From: a virus
Taxonomy: Duplodnaviria; Caudoviricetes
Strand: one strand, 5' to 3'
Length of the DNA: 59,681 bases
IMG/VR virus record: IMGVR_UViG_3300040816_000388
Location: 1 to 59,681 of that record
The translations under genes and the position numbers were made by a program. Position 1 is the first letter of the stretch. Each line of letters starts with the position of its first letter. Positions 58,289-59,681 of the stretch are shown piece after piece. A model generated the notes under the pieces. The model was not told where the DNA came from and made no database searches. It was given only the letters and a program-made list of their open reading frames with translations.

Positions 58289-58660
58289 ATGACTAATGAG
58301 AATAAACTACAAAAAAAATTTCCATTTCTAACAGGCATCCAATACAACACAATAGAATATGTTGGTATAGTACAAAATACTGACAACCAAATCATTAGTT
58401 TTTATGATATTGACATGTGTCGTAATGATGTTGAAAAGAAACTAATGCTTGAATACGGTGATTTATGGTGGTGGGAATCAAACAGACAATTACCTATAGA
58501 CGTATTTTTATTTCAAGAAATGCAAAATTTTAGGCATTGTGTTAAAACTTTTATACTAAAAGAAACGGAAATTTTATTTGGACCTACAATAAGTATGCAA
58601 AACATACTTAAAAAACGAATAAAAAGACGAAGTATTCAATTAGTTAAGAAAACTGATTAG
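58289..58660 (+). CDS. Conserved phage hypothetical protein
   Basis: FPFLT..EYVGIVQN..WWWESNRQLPI..KRRSIQLV. Confidence 0.7.
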   Translation: MTNENKLQKKFPFLTGIQYNTIEYVGIVQNTDNQIISFYDIDMCRNDVEKKLMLEYGDLWWWESNRQLPIDVFLFQEMQNFRHCVKTFILKETEILFGPTISMQNILKKRIKRRSIQLVKKTD

Positions 58661-59222
58661 CCTGCTCACAAATTAAATTTAACTGAACAATAATAGCAAC
58701 TGCATAACCTACGGCATGACTTTTCTTGAAAAAGTATTCATCTGTCTTTTCCCATACTTCTTTTTCAATTACTTCCCATGTGTTTCCTACCAGATACCGT
58801 TTACCTGGCCTAATCATTGCAAGTATCATTGCTAATTGTTCAATGCTAGTAGGCATGTGTTGTTTAACAATATCATAATGTTTGTTTATATGGAATAGTT
58901 GATCTACTATTTCTTTATGACCAAATAGTTCCCATAAAGGTTCAGTGTCTATCAATCTATCTAAGTGTGCTTCACTCTCAACACTTTCATATACATGGTT
59001 GTTAAGTACATCAAGTTTAAAATAACCCAACTTTTCTGCTTCTTTATGATCTATTGTGCTGAAGCCTTCTAGTGGAAAATGTGGTATAGGCTGTAAATAT
59101 ACACCTGTATTATGTTTATCAAATGATTCTTCTCTTTTAATACTTGCAGGTATATGATCGATGAACTTTAACAGTTCATCTCTGTTTGCCATATCTATAT
59201 CTACATCAAAATCTATTTTCAT
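58644..59222 (-). CDS. Minimal DnaE (Pol III alpha, family C) catalytic-core protein
   Basis: DVDID, KHNTGVY, GYFKLDVL, LAMIRPG, FKKSHAVGYA in 192 aa. Confidence 0.8.
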   Translation of the reverse strand: MKIDFDVDIDMANRDELLKFIDHIPASIKREESFDKHNTGVYLQPIPHFPLEGFSTIDHKEAEKLGYFKLDVLNNHVYESVESEAHLDRLIDTEPLWELFGHKEIVDQLFHINKHYDIVKQHMPTSIEQLAMILAMIRPGKRYLVGNTWEVIEKEVWEKTDEYFFKKSHAVGYAVAIIVQLNLICEQANQFS

Positions 59223-59536
59223 TTCATTTTATCAAACATCTGTTGTGCATTATAACATTCTTTTAGAGGATTGTCATCCTCTAAATCTTCAATCACTTTA
59301 AGTAATGCATTTAACTTTCTTAATTTTTCTTCTGTAATTACTTCATTGCCAACAGTAATAGAAGTATCTACTTTATATCCATCATAATCTAATGTAATAT
59401 TTTTTGATGTATCTAAAGTATATGTTGTTGCAATGTTATCATAATCATTTAAAGTAACAGTAATATTATCAACATCGCAATCATTATTCATAGTAGTGTA
59501 AATTGGACCATTGTAAATATCATCTAGACTTTTCAT
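59219..59536 (-). CDS. Hypothetical protein
   Basis: 105-aa ORF with overlapping neighbours. Confidence 0.55.
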   Translation of the reverse strand: MKSLDDIYNGPIYTTMNNDCDVDNITVTLNDYDNIATTYTLDTSKNITLDYDGYKVDTSITVGNEVITEEKLRKLNALLKVIEDLEDDNPLKECYNAQQMFDKMK

Positions 59537-59681
59537 AATTCTTTGCCTTTGAACTCTTCTGCAAGTGGAAATATGTTTGCTATAACATCTGCTACTGCAT
59601 GAGCAATATCAATATGTTCTTTTTGTGTACCATTAGCACCACGTAATTCAATGTAATGAATCCAACTACGCAACGTACCAT
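59533..59681 (-). CDS. thyX: Flavin-dependent thymidylate synthase, 3' end (truncated by the window edge)
   Basis: Translated by hand: GTLRSWIHYIELRGANGTQKEHIDIA...IFP. Confidence 0.85.
   Translation of the reverse strand, partial: GTLRSWIHYIELRGANGTQKEHIDIAHAVADVIANIFPLAEEFKGKEL

Noticed and set aside
1-59681. Stop-codon reassignment
   Set aside because: Genes are full-length in the standard code, TAA/TAG/TGA all end genes, and there is no suppressor tRNA

Overview
This AT-rich, densely coding 59.7-kb window comes from a large tailed dsDNA phage (myovirus-like, probably aquatic; the host cannot be determined from the sequence). Replication and nucleotide genes: nrdA/nrdB, DnaB/gp41-like helicase, primase, a very short DnaE-like polymerase core, partial thyX and a PD-(D/E)XK exonuclease. 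Also present are seven tRNAs on the minus strand, tail/baseplate-type genes (PAAR, fibre with an Mtd-N-like start, BppU-like) and many host-type or tailoring enzymes: GH6, peptide deformylase, two fatty-acid desaturases, radical SAM, four SGNH-like proteins, glycosyltransferases, methyltransferases, several cupin/2OG-Fe(II) oxygenases, an MDR reductase and a Cu/Zn SOD. Two system-level patterns stand out. (1) Many late genes share an N-terminal MK-x(n)-E leader resembling the T4 capsid-targeting sequence and/or an 'L-x-x-LAG' motif; they include a 2120-aa amidoligase + nuclease-like polyprotein, a SOD-ParB fusion, a KxDG ligase-like protein and a HIGH nucleotidyltransferase, which suggests an enzyme payload packaged in the head. 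(2) At least ten genes have a late-promoter motif (NATAAATA) 5-6 nt before the ATG with no Shine-Dalgarno, which suggests systematic leaderless expression. Product calls come from motif recognition by eye, not database searches.
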